Assembly: GCA_965219955.1 (NCBI GenBank)
Contig: OZ244799.1
Span: forward strand, 32,001 to 96,000
Source: a bacterium
Lineage (GTDB): Bacteria; UBA8248
DNA length: 64,000 nucleotides
Direction of reading: 5' to 3'
Shown here piece by piece: positions 18,838 to 30,468 of the stretch. Both the position numbers and the translations under genes were made by a program. The notes under the pieces are model-generated. The model was not told where the DNA came from and did no database searches. It worked only from the letters and a program-made list of their open reading frames with translations. Position 1 is the stretch's first letter; the number at the start of each line of letters is the position of its first letter.

Positions 18838-20353
18838 GGGGCTGTTGAAAAACCCCGTTTTGAAGCGGGCGGTATGGCGTCTCACGCGGCTTGGGAGATC
18901 AAGCCCAATCGGCGCGTGAGGCCGCGGGGAACGCGCATTCGGCGACTCGAGGCGGCGCAGGCCCGCCACAGGGCGAATATTCGCGCAGCAACAGCGGCGG
19001 CGAGCCGCTTGAGGTTCACCGCAGTCGCCGTCAGGTAGGCCTGGATCTTCATGTTCTCCATACCCCGGCGCACCGCCCGCGCCAGTCCGTGCCAACTCTT
19101 CGCCTCCCCGTGGTAGCCCTCCGAGCGCCCCATGTGGCGGCGCCACAGCCGACCCTCCTCCTCCCCCCGGCGCGCGTGGCGACGGCGCCCGCGCAACAGC
19201 GCCGGATACTCGTGCGGAATCAGCACCGTCCTGCTCGTGCGGGACTTCGACAGACAATCGGCCCTAAGCGCGCAGCCCGCGCAATCGCGCGTCCTCGAAC
19301 CATAGTAGCGCCCCCGCTCCGTCTCCTTCCGGGGACGCAGCGTCTTGCCCCCCGGACACTTCACCACCTTGTGACGCTCGTCGTAGCGGAACAACTGCAG
19401 CGGCACCCGGCTCTGGGAAGGCTCCTTCTTCGCCGGTATCACCGCGGCGACCCCCCGACGCTCCAATGCGCCGTACACCTTCGAGTACGCATAGCCACTA
19501 TCCGCCGTCACCACCGCGGGCGCGCGCCCCGTCAGTTCGCGAACCGCATCCAACTGCGGCTCCATCATCTCCCGCTCGTTCAAAGTCCCCGCCGTCACCT
19601 CTACGTCGAGAACCACCCCCCGCTCATCGTCCACCACCGCGTGGTGCTTGTAGCTCGGCTCGAAACCCGCCCGAGCGCTCTTGCGCGCAAGACGCGCGTC
19701 GGGGTCCGTTCGGCTCACAGGCCCCGAACCCCCGCCGCCGCCCTTCTTCCCCGTCTCATCCTCCGAATCGTTCTCCCGCACCACCTTCTCCGCGTGGCGC
19801 TCCGCCAGACTCTCCCAGCTCACGTCCGCCCGGATCAACGAAGCGTCCATGTGAACCACCTCTCCCGTCGCCACCTTCGCCTCCACGCAAGCCTGAACCG
19901 TGCGGCGCAATATCTCCTTGAACCGCTCCTCCCCCCAGCGCTGACGGATACGCGTCAGGCTCGAATGGTCCGGCAACTCCTCGTCCAGCCTGTACCCGAT
20001 GAACCACCGGATCGCCAGGTGCGCCTGCGCCTCGCGCAACAGGCGCCGGTCGTGCGCGTAGCCCAGCAGCAGGCCCGCCAGCATCAACCGAACCACCACC
20101 TCGGGGTCCAGGCCCGGACGACCGTTGTCCGCGCAATAGCACGCCGCCACCTCCTCGCGAAGCCAGCTCAAATCCAGCACGCGGTTCACCTGGCGCAATA
20201 CGTGATCTTCGGGAATCAGATTCTCCATAGAGCCGGCCACGAACAAGTCCATCTGCTCGCGCCTCTTGCGATCCAACATCGAGGATACTCCCATCTCGGG
20301 CGAGTCGGGATAACTCCATACGATCACAAAACCAGGGCTTTTTCAACAGGCCC
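18838..20353 (-). mobile_element. IS1182-family insertion sequence
   Basis: 19-bp terminal IRs GGGGCTGTTGAAAAACCCC / GGGCCTGTTGAAAAAGCCC (17/19 match) around a transposase. Confidence 0.85.
18882..20279 (-). CDS. IS1182-family DDE transposase
   Basis: GRPGLDP, LPDHSSL, HMDAS, TDPDA, ADSGY, CPGG..C..C..C and NLKRL motifs. Confidence 0.92.
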   Translation of the reverse strand: MLDRKRREQMDLFVAGSMENLIPEDHVLRQVNRVLDLSWLREEVAACYCADNGRPGLDPEVVVRLMLAGLLLGYAHDRRLLREAQAHLAIRWFIGYRLDEELPDHSSLTRIRQRWGEERFKEILRRTVQACVEAKVATGEVVHMDASLIRADVSWESLAERHAEKVVRENDSEDETGKKGGGGGSGPVSRTDPDARLARKSARAGFEPSYKHHAVVDDERGVVLDVEVTAGTLNEREMMEPQLDAVRELTGRAPAVVTADSGYAYSKVYGALERRGVAAVIPAKKEPSQSRVPLQLFRYDERHKVVKCPGGKTLRPRKETERGRYYGSRTRDCAGCALRADCLSKSRTSRTVLIPHEYPALLRGRRRHARRGEEEGRLWRRHMGRSEGYHGEAKSWHGLARAVRRGMENMKIQAYLTATAVNLKRLAAAVAARIFALWRACAASSRRMRVPRGLTRRLGLISQAA

Positions 20354-20453
20354 GACAAGGGGGGAGTTGATTTGAAATTCTCTTTGGTGGAGAGAGAACG
20401 CCGCAGGTGAAGTACAATAGTTTTTCAACACCCCCTTCTCCGCCGCTCCGCAC

Positions 20454-21161
20454 TCAGGAATCCTTTTTGAGCGCCTCGACGTCGTTCTGCGCGGGGTCGC
20501 TGGGGTGGACCCTGTCGGGCTGGATGTAGGGGGCCTGCATCTCGAAGATGTCCTGCGTGCGGCAGTACCGGGGGCCGCCCAGCCTGCCCACGGGCTGGAG
20601 CTTCGCCGGGTCGATGTATATTTTCTCCCCATCGATGAGCAGCATATCCTCGCGCACGTGCCAGCGGAGCACCTCCCCGATGATCAGGTGCGTCACCCAT
20701 TCGTCTCCGAAGGGAATCATGCGCTCGAAGCGGCACTCCATCGCCACCGGGGCGTTTTTGATGCGGGGCGCATCCACGAGGTCCGAAGGGGCCATCTCGA
20801 GACCCGCCGCCTCGAACTCGCTTTCATCTGGGGCGAAGTTGCCCGAGGAGGCGTTCATGGCCTCCTCCCAGCCGTTCACCACCGTGTGGATGACGTAGCC
20901 CTTGGTGTCCAGGATGTTGCGCGCGGTGTCCTTGGGCCTCATCTCGCCCTCGCTGAGGGAGATCCGCTCGCCGACGGAGATCGACGCCATCGGCGGGTGG
21001 TGCGACACCATGGTGAAGAAGCTGAAGGGCGCCAGGTTCGCCACGCCGTCCGCGCTCATCGTGCTCACCCAGGCGATGGGCCGGGGGACGACCGAGCCGA
21101 TGAGCAGGCGGTAGATCTGCTGGGGATTGATCTCAGAGGCGTTGAAGACGCGGTAGTTCAT
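20454..21161 (-). CDS. Flavin reductase family protein
   Basis: VVPRPIAWVST, NLAPFSFF, KDTARNI, GRLGG motifs. Confidence 0.9.
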   Translation of the reverse strand: MNYRVFNASEINPQQIYRLLIGSVVPRPIAWVSTMSADGVANLAPFSFFTMVSHHPPMASISVGERISLSEGEMRPKDTARNILDTKGYVIHTVVNGWEEAMNASSGNFAPDESEFEAAGLEMAPSDLVDAPRIKNAPVAMECRFERMIPFGDEWVTHLIIGEVLRWHVREDMLLIDGEKIYIDPAKLQPVGRLGGPRYCRTQDIFEMQAPYIQPDRVHPSDPAQNDVEALKKDS

Positions 21162-21203
21162 CGTATGTCCCTCATGTCGTAAGGGGAAAGGGCGCGGCTT
21201 GCG

Positions 21204-22301
21204 CTAGGCGGCCGTTTGCGGTTCGAGCCGCGCGGGGTTCGTGTCCGCGAGGAGCGGCATGACCTCGCGCCCGAAAATCTCGGCTTCCTCCAGATGCGGC
21301 CAGCCCGAGAGAATGAAGTTGCGAACCCCTAAGTCGACGTATTCCCTGAGTGCGGAGGCCAGCATGTCCGGCGTGCCGACCAGCATGGCCGCAGCACCCG
21401 AGCGCACCTTGTTCACGCCCATCCAGAGGGTTTCGGTGAGCCAGGGGGAGCCGCCCTCATACAACTCGTTCATGCGGCGCTGGCCCTCGCTCTCGGAACG
21501 GTTTCGCTGGTCGGCCCACATCCGCGTGTTCTCGAGCGCGCTGTCCTCCAGAAGCGCCTCCGCGGCGCGACGGGCTTCCTTCCTGCTCTCGCGGCACATC
21601 ACGTGGAGCCTCAGGCCGAAGCGCAGATCGTCGCGGCCGATTTCTTCCGCGCGGCGGCGCATGTCCGCGGCGTCCTCGGCAACCTGCTCCGGCGCCACGG
21701 CCCACATCATGTGCACGTCGGCGTGCCTGGCGCCCACGCGGCGGCCGGCTTCCGAGCTTCCGCCCAGGAATATCGTGGGATGGGGCTTCGAGACGGCCCT
21801 GGCGTAGAGTGTGGCGTTCTCGATTTGGTAGTATTCGCCCGAATAGCTCACCGGCTCCTCGCTCGTCCAGAGCGCCTTCACGACGTCCAGGAACTCCTCC
21901 GTCCGCGCGTAGCGCTCCGCGTGGTCCAGGTGATCGCCGTATCGTTTCTGATCCACAGGGGTGGAGCCCGTCACCACGTTCACGGTGAGACGCCCGCCCG
22001 TTACGGCGTCATAGGTGTTCGCCTGCTGGGCGGTGAGCACGGGACTGCTAAGTCCGGGCCTGAAGGCCACGCAGAACCTGATGCGCTCTGTGCGCTGGGC
22101 GACGGCCAGGGTGATCATCCAGGCGTCGAGGCAGTGCGTGCCCGTCGGCACGAGCAGGTTCACGAAGCCCGCCGCTTCCGCCGCGCGCGCGACTTCCGAT
22201 ATATATTCCACCGTCGGGGGACGCTCGGGCGTCCTGGCGTTGATGGTGTGGCCGTCGCCGTATCTTCCCGTCGGCAGAAACCATGCGTATTCGGTGTTCA
22301 T
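21204..22301 (-). CDS. LLM-class flavin-dependent monooxygenase (SsuD-like)
   Basis: WFLPT, ARAAE..GF, AFRPG, GGRLTVNVVTG, GGSS, FILSGWPHLEEA. Confidence 0.88.
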   Translation of the reverse strand: MNTEYAWFLPTGRYGDGHTINARTPERPPTVEYISEVARAAEAAGFVNLLVPTGTHCLDAWMITLAVAQRTERIRFCVAFRPGLSSPVLTAQQANTYDAVTGGRLTVNVVTGSTPVDQKRYGDHLDHAERYARTEEFLDVVKALWTSEEPVSYSGEYYQIENATLYARAVSKPHPTIFLGGSSEAGRRVGARHADVHMMWAVAPEQVAEDAADMRRRAEEIGRDDLRFGLRLHVMCRESRKEARRAAEALLEDSALENTRMWADQRNRSESEGQRRMNELYEGGSPWLTETLWMGVNKVRSGAAAMLVGTPDMLASALREYVDLGVRNFILSGWPHLEEAEIFGREVMPLLADTNPARLEPQTAA

Positions 22302-23074
22302 GCGGTTTTCTGTCCCTGGCGGCGCTTGGGGGCGTTCTTACGCGCGCGGCCCCCGCGCTTGGCCGACTTGATCAAACGAACGATTTCTTTCACCTCCAAC
22401 CACGGCTGTTTCGCATGGATCATACTGTGGCAGTTCGAACACAGCAAAGCCAAATCACTTAAGCGAGTCGTGCTTCCGGGCTTCAAATCGCGCAACGGCT
22501 TGGTGTGGTGGCACTCGATGACGCCCTCGCCTCTTTTTCCATATTTTTCCGCAAAGTCGAACCCACACGCCTCGCAAACCAGCCGACCAGTTTTTTGAAG
22601 GACGCTTTTTTTCTTCTTTTGGACGAGTTTACGGTTTCGCTCGCGGACGATATGAGATTTGGCGAGAAGGTTCCCCTCGATAGCGTCAAGTTTGGGGTCG
22701 TCGCTCATCCACTCCTGTTCTTGAGATCGAGCCGACTTTGTATTTCGATCCGCCTCGATATGTTCTCGTATCGCATTGGCAGTGGCTCTAAGGCGGTCTC
22801 GATCGTTGACAAACTCATCCCACACCTTTTGAATTTTCGGAGTTTTGCCGCCTGAAAGACCTTTACCGGAATACTCAGGATTTAGGTAATTGTAATTCGC
22901 GAACCTTATCCAGACGGCATTAAAAGGTCTGTCCAGAAACTCACATAACTCCTCGACCTCTCGGGAGTTCTGACCTCCTGGTTGCCTGGTGGCAAAATAT
23001 ACATCCAGCGCCAGAATTTCTTCGTCCCTGGTCCAATGCCGCCCCCGCGAATTCTTTTCTCCGATTCGATTCAT
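22298..23074 (-). CDS. HNH endonuclease (restriction-like)
   Basis: CEACGF...ECHH...LLCSNCHSMIH; N-terminal WTRDEEILAL domain; lower GC. Confidence 0.85.
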   Translation of the reverse strand: MNRIGEKNSRGRHWTRDEEILALDVYFATRQPGGQNSREVEELCEFLDRPFNAVWIRFANYNYLNPEYSGKGLSGGKTPKIQKVWDEFVNDRDRLRATANAIREHIEADRNTKSARSQEQEWMSDDPKLDAIEGNLLAKSHIVRERNRKLVQKKKKSVLQKTGRLVCEACGFDFAEKYGKRGEGVIECHHTKPLRDLKPGSTTRLSDLALLCSNCHSMIHAKQPWLEVKEIVRLIKSAKRGGRARKNAPKRRQGQKTA

Positions 23075-23123
23075 TCTTCTTTCACCATTCCAAGCGGTCG
23101 GTGCTCATACGCGATACGAACGG

Positions 23124-23152
23124 AAAAGGGCGGCCCGCCGCATGGGCCGCCC
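23124..23152 (-). terminator. Rho-independent terminator
   Basis: GGGCGGCCC-loop-GGGCCGCCC-TTTT on the minus strand after the selenoprotein gene. Confidence 0.65.
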
Positions 23153-23204
23153 GTATATCATCGTATCACCCTGCAAGCTCCCCGCCTGGGAGGCGTATCC
23201 TTCG

Positions 23205-23852
23205 CTAGGCGGTAGCCGCCGCAGCCTTCTGCTCGGCCAGCAGCTCATCGAGCAACTCCTCGACGCGCGCGGCCTCCATCCAGTCGGACTTGTAGGCGAT
23301 ATTGCCCTCCTTATCCACGATGAACGTCATGTTCGGCATGCGGCCGAAGGCATGCACGACGCTCTCGTCGAGGTCGTCGATGAGCACGGGCACCTTCATC
23401 CCGAATTCCGCCACCATCTCCTGCGCGTACTGTTTCTTGTGCTCATACGTGGTGTGCTGCGCGTATTTCTTGAAGTGGCTCGTCTCGCCCGCGTGGGGCT
23501 CCTTGGAGTAGACGACGAAGAAGACGACGTCCTCGTCCTTGTATTTTTCCTGCAAATCCTCGACGCCGGCCACCTGCCGGCGGTAGGGGGGTCAGGTGAT
23601 GGCCCCGAACTCGACCACGATGTTCTTCTCCCCCTTGAAATCGGAGAGTTCGAACGCGACGTCGTCGGTGGTCTTCAAGCGGACGTCCGGCATCGGCTCG
23701 CCCGGCTTGAGCGTGTCGCGGAACGCCTCTTTTCGCTGTTTGCGGTAACCCATGAGCATCCGCTTCGCGAACTGAAACTTGTCGATGTAGAATGCGCTCC
23801 AAAGCCCGAACAGCGGCCCCGGCGGCCTGTCGAATTCGTCCGATACTCGCAT
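23205..23852 (-). CDS. Deiodinase-like / AhpC-TSA thioredoxin-fold selenoprotein (UGA at 23592-23594 read as Sec)
   Basis: Two same-frame ORFs joined by TGA give EFGAIT-U-PPY, matching deiodinase FGSxT(U/C)PP; downstream YSKEPH motif; SECIS-like hairpin. Confidence 0.85.
23564..23594 (-). promoter_or_regulatory. Bacterial SECIS-like element
   Basis: UGA CCCCCCUAC CGCCGGC-AGGUG-GCCGGCG hairpin with GGU in the loop just 3' of the UGA. Confidence 0.7.
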
Positions 23853-24103
23853 AATCGCTCCAGATATGAGGGTGGATAAGACGCCGCTCCATTAAAGACG
23901 AACGGGGCGATATACGCAAGGGGAGGGGGGTCCCGATACCCCCACTCCCCATGGACAAAACTAAAGCCCTGTTTCACCTTCACCTGAGAACAAAAGCGGA
24001 TTGTAAAGTCTGCGCTTGGTCCATCTTCTGGAAAACCCGTTCAATTTCGTGTATATTTCGTTACACGTAGACGGCGTAACTGCTCCCCCCGAAGGAAATC
24101 CGA

Positions 24104-24640
24104 ATGACAATCCGCTTCGAGATGAACGAAGACAAGGCCATCGAGGTTTTGACCTGGCTGGCGAACGAACAGCCGGGGATCGCTGCGTTTCACGTCTCGA
24201 AGGTTCTCTATTATGCGGACAAGGAACACCTGAACCGCTACGGCAGACCTGTAATCGGGGACACGTATGTCCGAATGGAATTTGGCCCCGTGCCTTCGAA
24301 AACATACGATTTGATCAAGAAAGAGAATCTAGGGCAAAGCGTCATCAAGAAATTCAGGGAAGCCGTCGATGTACGCGAGGGATTTCGGCACTTGCATCCC
24401 CTGAGGGCGCCGAACATGGAGATGCTCTCGAGGACGGATGTCGAATGCCTCGCGAATGCGCTCCAAAAATACGGAACCCGCGATTTCGGGGTTCTGAGCA
24501 GGATTTCACATCGTGAGACTGCATGGGCGAACGCGCCGGAAAACGGTCCGATGGACTATGAACACATGATTGAACAAGGCCCGAACCAGGAAGAGATCAT
24601 ACAAAATCTCAAAGAGCATTCGCACCAAATCGCATTTTAG
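24104..24640 (+). CDS. Panacea (DUF4065/SocA-like) domain antitoxin
   Basis: KVLYYAD..H...YGRPV.GD.Y..MEFGPVPS and SH.ETAW motifs. Confidence 0.82.
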   Translation: MTIRFEMNEDKAIEVLTWLANEQPGIAAFHVSKVLYYADKEHLNRYGRPVIGDTYVRMEFGPVPSKTYDLIKKENLGQSVIKKFREAVDVREGFRHLHPLRAPNMEMLSRTDVECLANALQKYGTRDFGVLSRISHRETAWANAPENGPMDYEHMIEQGPNQEEIIQNLKEHSHQIAF

Positions 24641-24643
24641 GGG

Positions 24644-24997
24644 ATGCGCTCCAGCGACGTTTTTCATTACCACAGCCGCATCACCAGACCGCCGAAAGAC
24701 AAGTTCATCATCTGCGTTTGTCCCGAAGAACTCCTGTTCTTTTTCATAAACTCCAACCCGCCCATCCCGGATGGCGCGGGGGTCGAAATCACGCCGTCCG
24801 AACTTCCTTGTCTGAGCCACGTATCTTATGTCGATACGTCGATGATGATCATGGTGTATCCCGACGAACTGGATGAGACATCGGCAAGAGGCGAGATATC
24901 ATTGTCCATGCGTCAAAAGGTTGCGGCGTGCGCCCGAAGCCACGGGATTCTTCCGGAGAGATTCTTGGGGATACTGGAGAGGAATTTCCTTGCATAG
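24644..24997 (+). CDS. Hypothetical protein, probable toxin partner of Panacea
   Basis: Starts 3 nt after the antitoxin; PPKDKFIICV..FFFINS..LSHVSYVD. Confidence 0.6.
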   Translation: MRSSDVFHYHSRITRPPKDKFIICVCPEELLFFFINSNPPIPDGAGVEITPSELPCLSHVSYVDTSMMIMVYPDELDETSARGEISLSMRQKVAACARSHGILPERFLGILERNFLA

Positions 24998-25162
24998 TTT
25001 TCGATCCAACCCCCGTGGGTAGGGTTGGATGTAATTCGCCCGTCCCCCCAAAATTCACGCCGCCCTGTGAATCTGATATGCTCGGGCCGTGGCGCTCGCG
25101 CAGTCTCGCTTAGCGCCCGCAGGCGATCATGCCGGCCGCTTTCCTCCCCCAAGGAGGGGACG

Positions 25163-26989
<1,827 letters not shown>

Positions 26990-27074
26990 TGTTGAAATAA
27001 TGCTGATTTCGAGATGTGGTGTATGAAACCAACCGGGGAGGGGAGTCCGTAGCGGAGAGGCCCCTGGTCTGTCC

Positions 27075-27310
27075 GAGGTCGTGACCTGTCCCAATGAAGT
27101 GGAACGGTTTTGATCGTCATTCCGGCGAATGCCGGAATCCATTTGCCTTTCGCTTTTATGCTGTCATTTACAACTTGCTCGTCGAGAGATGGGAATGCCG
27201 CAATATGCAAGCCTCGTCTCTTTTTGGATTCCGGCTTTCGCCGGAATGACGATCAAGAGCCGCGCTCGCAAGCGGGAGAGCATTCTGTAGGGACAGGTCG
27301 CGACCTGTTC
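27075..27310. repeat. Composite REP element
   Basis: GTCATTCCGGCGAATGCCGGAATC (27116) / GATTCCGGCTTTCGCCGGAATGAC (27227-27250) plus GTAGGGACAGGTCGCGACCTGT; homologous to 10756-11014. Confidence 0.75.
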
Positions 27311-27315
27311 CCCCC

Positions 27316-28488
27316 CTAATCCTCATCACTCAGCGTGAACGCGCCGTCGGTGGCCGGTATGTAGGTCTCGGGCAGGCCGAGTTCTTTCTTCACGATGTTC
27401 GTCCCGCGCGCCAGGGCCACCATCTTGTAGAACGCGTGGCGGCGGCTCATGCCCTCGCGCCCGAAGCCGCAGTCGGTGGAGATGCAGAGCCGCTCGGCGG
27501 GAACCGTCTCGAGCGCCTTCCGGATGAGGGCGGCCACCTCTTCTGGGCGCTCCACCTGGAGTCCCCGGTGGTTGATGACGCCGATGGCCACCTTGGGCTT
27601 GGTGATGCGCTTGCCGATTTCGCCCAGGTCCATCCCGCCCGTGCTCGCGCACTCGAAGGTGAGCACGTCCACGTCGAGTTCGTTCATGTACTCGAGCGCG
27701 GGCGCGTAGCTCTTCGAAGACTCGTAGAACCGCTGCTGGGCGGGATTGCCCCAGCAGGTGTGGCACCACAGCTCCAGCTTGTCCCTCAAGCCCGCCACGC
27801 TCCTGTTGAACGCATCCACGTAGAACTCCATCGACATCTCCGAATCCTCGGCGTGGAAATCGAAGCGGTGCACCCAGGGTTCCTCCACCTGAAAAATCTG
27901 GCAGCCCGCGTCCGCCAGGCGGTGGAATTCGGCGTGCAGGATTTCGCACAAGTCGAGGCATAGCTCGCGCCTGTCGTCATAGAACTCGTTCGAGATGATG
28001 GATTCCACGCAATCAGCGCTGATGGAGCCGAACTTGAGCGGCTTGTCCGTCATCGCCTGCGCGCAGCGCCACATCTGGGCGTATTCGAGGGGGCCTTCGC
28101 CGACTTTCGAGGTGACCTTGGGCAGCATCCTGGCTTCCAGCACCTCGAACATGATCTCCCCGGGCACGGACCCGCCCCAGGTGGCGTGGCTCCTCGACGT
28201 TTCATAGCCGGAGAAGCCGCTCAGCCTGTCGACGATGTAGCCCACCCAGTCGCGCCCGCCCACGTTGGTGTCGAAGCGCGCGTCGCCGTCGGTCACGATG
28301 TCCAGCCCCGCGCGCTCCTGATCCCGGATGACGCAGGAGACGTTGTCGAGATATTGCTCGCGGAAATCCGCGTCGATCATCGCTTCGCGGAACGTCCTGC
28401 GCCCGATGTTCTGGCGGAACCAGGCCGGCCGGGGCAGGGAGCCCGTGATGGTGGTGGGAAGTATGAGGTCACTCGTGGCGATGTACAT
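27316..28488 (-). CDS. Cobalamin-independent methionine synthase II family protein (single-domain MetE-like)
   Basis: GSLPRP, QERAGLDIVTDG, HTCWGN and TDCGF Zn ligands. Confidence 0.85.
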   Translation of the reverse strand: MYIATSDLILPTTITGSLPRPAWFRQNIGRRTFREAMIDADFREQYLDNVSCVIRDQERAGLDIVTDGDARFDTNVGGRDWVGYIVDRLSGFSGYETSRSHATWGGSVPGEIMFEVLEARMLPKVTSKVGEGPLEYAQMWRCAQAMTDKPLKFGSISADCVESIISNEFYDDRRELCLDLCEILHAEFHRLADAGCQIFQVEEPWVHRFDFHAEDSEMSMEFYVDAFNRSVAGLRDKLELWCHTCWGNPAQQRFYESSKSYAPALEYMNELDVDVLTFECASTGGMDLGEIGKRITKPKVAIGVINHRGLQVERPEEVAALIRKALETVPAERLCISTDCGFGREGMSRRHAFYKMVALARGTNIVKKELGLPETYIPATDGAFTLSDED

Positions 28489-28570
28489 GTCGATTCCTCC
28501 GCTCGAAATGGTTTCGGCGAATCATCTTGTTCCGTTATGGCTGCCTTCTCGCTTTCGATGCCTCCCTAAC

Positions 28571-28773
28571 GGGGCTGTTCGAAAAGTCCCCTTGGGGAGG
28601 GAATCCCGATCATCGAATTGTTCACCGTAGGGACAGGCCTCCGTGCCTGTCCTGACGAAGGACAACCACGAAGGGCTGGACAGGCACGGAGGCCTGTCCC
28701 TACAAAACCATCGCGCCTGCGCCGCGTGAACCTCCATGCCGCCGACCCCGAAACGGACTTTTTCAACACCCCC
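28571..28773. mobile_element. MITE with IS1182-like ends containing an inverted GTAG-REP pair
   Basis: GGGGCTGTTCGAAAAGTCCC ... GGACTTTTTCAACACCCCC; interior GTAGGGACAGGCCTCCGTGCCTGTCC / GGACAGGCACGGAGGCCTGTCCCTAC. Confidence 0.72.
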
Positions 28774-28790
28774 TTGCGCCGTGCGCGCCC

Positions 28791-29786
28791 CTAGAGCTTC
28801 ATGAGCTTTGCGGGCGTTTCGCGCAGGATTTTCTCCTGCGCCTCTTCCGTGAGGCCCGCTCCCTCGACGAAATCCACGACGCGCTGCTGCATCATGTCGT
28901 AGGGGTAGTCCGTGCCGCACACGACGCGGTCGGCCCCGACCTCGTCGACCATCCACTTGAGCGCCGAGGGGTTGAAAGTGATGACGTCGAAGTAGAGGTT
29001 CTTGAAGTAGTGCCGGGGCGGGTGCGGCGTGTGCACCTTGGTCTCGGGCCGCACCTCCCAGCAGTGCTGGATGCGCCCGACCGCCCAGGGCAGGTTTCCG
29101 CCCGCGTGGGCGAGAAGCAGCTGGAGGTTCGGGTAGCGCTCGAAATGGCCCGAGAGGATGAGCCTTGTGGCGGCGATGGTGGTGGACAGCGGGTTGCCGA
29201 TGCAGTTCGCCATGTAGTAGGGGAACAGCGCCTTTAAGTCCGCGAAATCGGGATGGATGAACACCAGCGCGCCGAGGCGTTCCGCCGCCGCCCAGAATTC
29301 CTCGTACTGGGGCTCGTCCAGCGCATGGGTGCCGATGCGGTCCGAGATGATGCAGCCGAGGAGCCCCTTGCCCATCGCGCGCTCGAGTTCGGCGGCCGCG
29401 GCCTCGCCCCCGTTTTGCATGGGCAGGTTGCAGAGGCCCCGGAAGTACGCGGCGTTTTCGTTGCAGAAATCGACGACGCCGTCGTTTTGGATCTGGATGA
29501 TCTCCTCGCCCGCTCGTCCGCCGATCCAGTAATAGAACGTGGGTGGCGGCGGGGAGGCCAGCGCCATGTCGAGCCTGTCCGCCTTCATGTCGCTCAGCTT
29601 GCGCTCCGCGTCGGCGAGTTGCACCGCCCAGTTCTCCTCCGTCATCTTCGCGTTGTACCGCGAGGAGACGGGCGGGAAAAACCCTTCGAAGCTGTCGGCG
29701 TGCTGGGGGCGTCTTTCGCGCTCTTTGGCGGCGAGCGCTTCCGCCGCCGGGATGTAGATGTGGTGATGCAGATCGATGTTAGGCAA
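28791..29786 (-). CDS. Amidohydrolase_2 family protein (ACMSD-like)
   Basis: IDLHHH, FIHP, AHAGG, GTDYPY motifs. Confidence 0.87.
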   Translation of the reverse strand: MPNIDLHHHIYIPAAEALAAKERERRPQHADSFEGFFPPVSSRYNAKMTEENWAVQLADAERKLSDMKADRLDMALASPPPPTFYYWIGGRAGEEIIQIQNDGVVDFCNENAAYFRGLCNLPMQNGGEAAAAELERAMGKGLLGCIISDRIGTHALDEPQYEEFWAAAERLGALVFIHPDFADLKALFPYYMANCIGNPLSTTIAATRLILSGHFERYPNLQLLLAHAGGNLPWAVGRIQHCWEVRPETKVHTPHPPRHYFKNLYFDVITFNPSALKWMVDEVGADRVVCGTDYPYDMMQQRVVDFVEGAGLTEEAQEKILRETPAKLMKL

Positions 29787-30018
29787 GGGTGCTTCCCTCC
29801 GTTTGAGTGCTTTCGGGGCGTCTTCGCGCCCGCATGGTTATCGAAATGATGGTCGCCTTTTCGGAGAGAGTAGATTCTGGTGAATCCTGCGTCAATCGAG
29901 GTTCGCGCCCGCCGATTGACGCCCTCGATACGGAGTGAGAAACTTCTGCTCCGCGCTCGACGGGGCGCGACGGCGGGAGGTTTTGCGCTTCCCGGCCTTT
30001 TGGGGAGGGTCGATTCCG

Positions 30019-30354
30019 GTGAATGACGAGGACGCTCCCAGGCTGCCGCGCTCCTACGAGGGGCTCAACATCCTGCAAGCCGAATTCGCGCGCTATCAGG
30101 AAGAGGCGTTTCCGGAGCGCGAGCCGCGGTTTTTCGCCCTCGAGCTTGCGGGCGAGACGGGCGAACTCGCGAACCTGGAGAAAAAGGAGTGGAAGGGCCG
30201 CGAGGTGGAGCCTGCGGCCTATACGGACGAGGCGGCGGATGTCATGATCGCCGTCATGAACTACGCCAACGCGCGGGGGATCGATTTGGGCGAGGCCGTT
30301 TCCGAGAAGATGGCCAGGATCGAGCGCATCAGAAGGGAGCGGCCCGAGAAATAG
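30019..30354 (+). CDS. MazG-like nucleotide pyrophosphohydrolase
   Basis: ELAGETGELA..DEAADV motif; GGAGG RBS before GTG. Confidence 0.78.
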   Translation: MNDEDAPRLPRSYEGLNILQAEFARYQEEAFPEREPRFFALELAGETGELANLEKKEWKGREVEPAAYTDEAADVMIAVMNYANARGIDLGEAVSEKMARIERIRRERPEK

Positions 30355-30468
30355 GCCAGAGACCCCGCATTTTCGTTTCGGCGCTTGGGGCGGCGCCGTA
30401 AAGAGCGGAAAGAAAAATAAACCGCTGAACCAGTGTTCTGCGACGCAGAGCGGAAAGGATGAGATTCG

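Larger units (their letters stand above)
18624..20435. mobile_element. Outer MITE (IS1182-like ends) interrupted by the IS1182 copy
   Basis: GGGGTGGTTGAAAAAGTCC at 18624 and GTTTTTCAACACCCCC at 20420-20435 enclose CTCCCCCCTTGAGGGG-type hairpins and the IS. Confidence 0.55.

Noticed and set aside
23592-23594. Pseudogene interpretation of the split thioredoxin-fold ORF
   Set aside because: The stop is UGA exactly at the catalytic position and is followed by a SECIS-like hairpin
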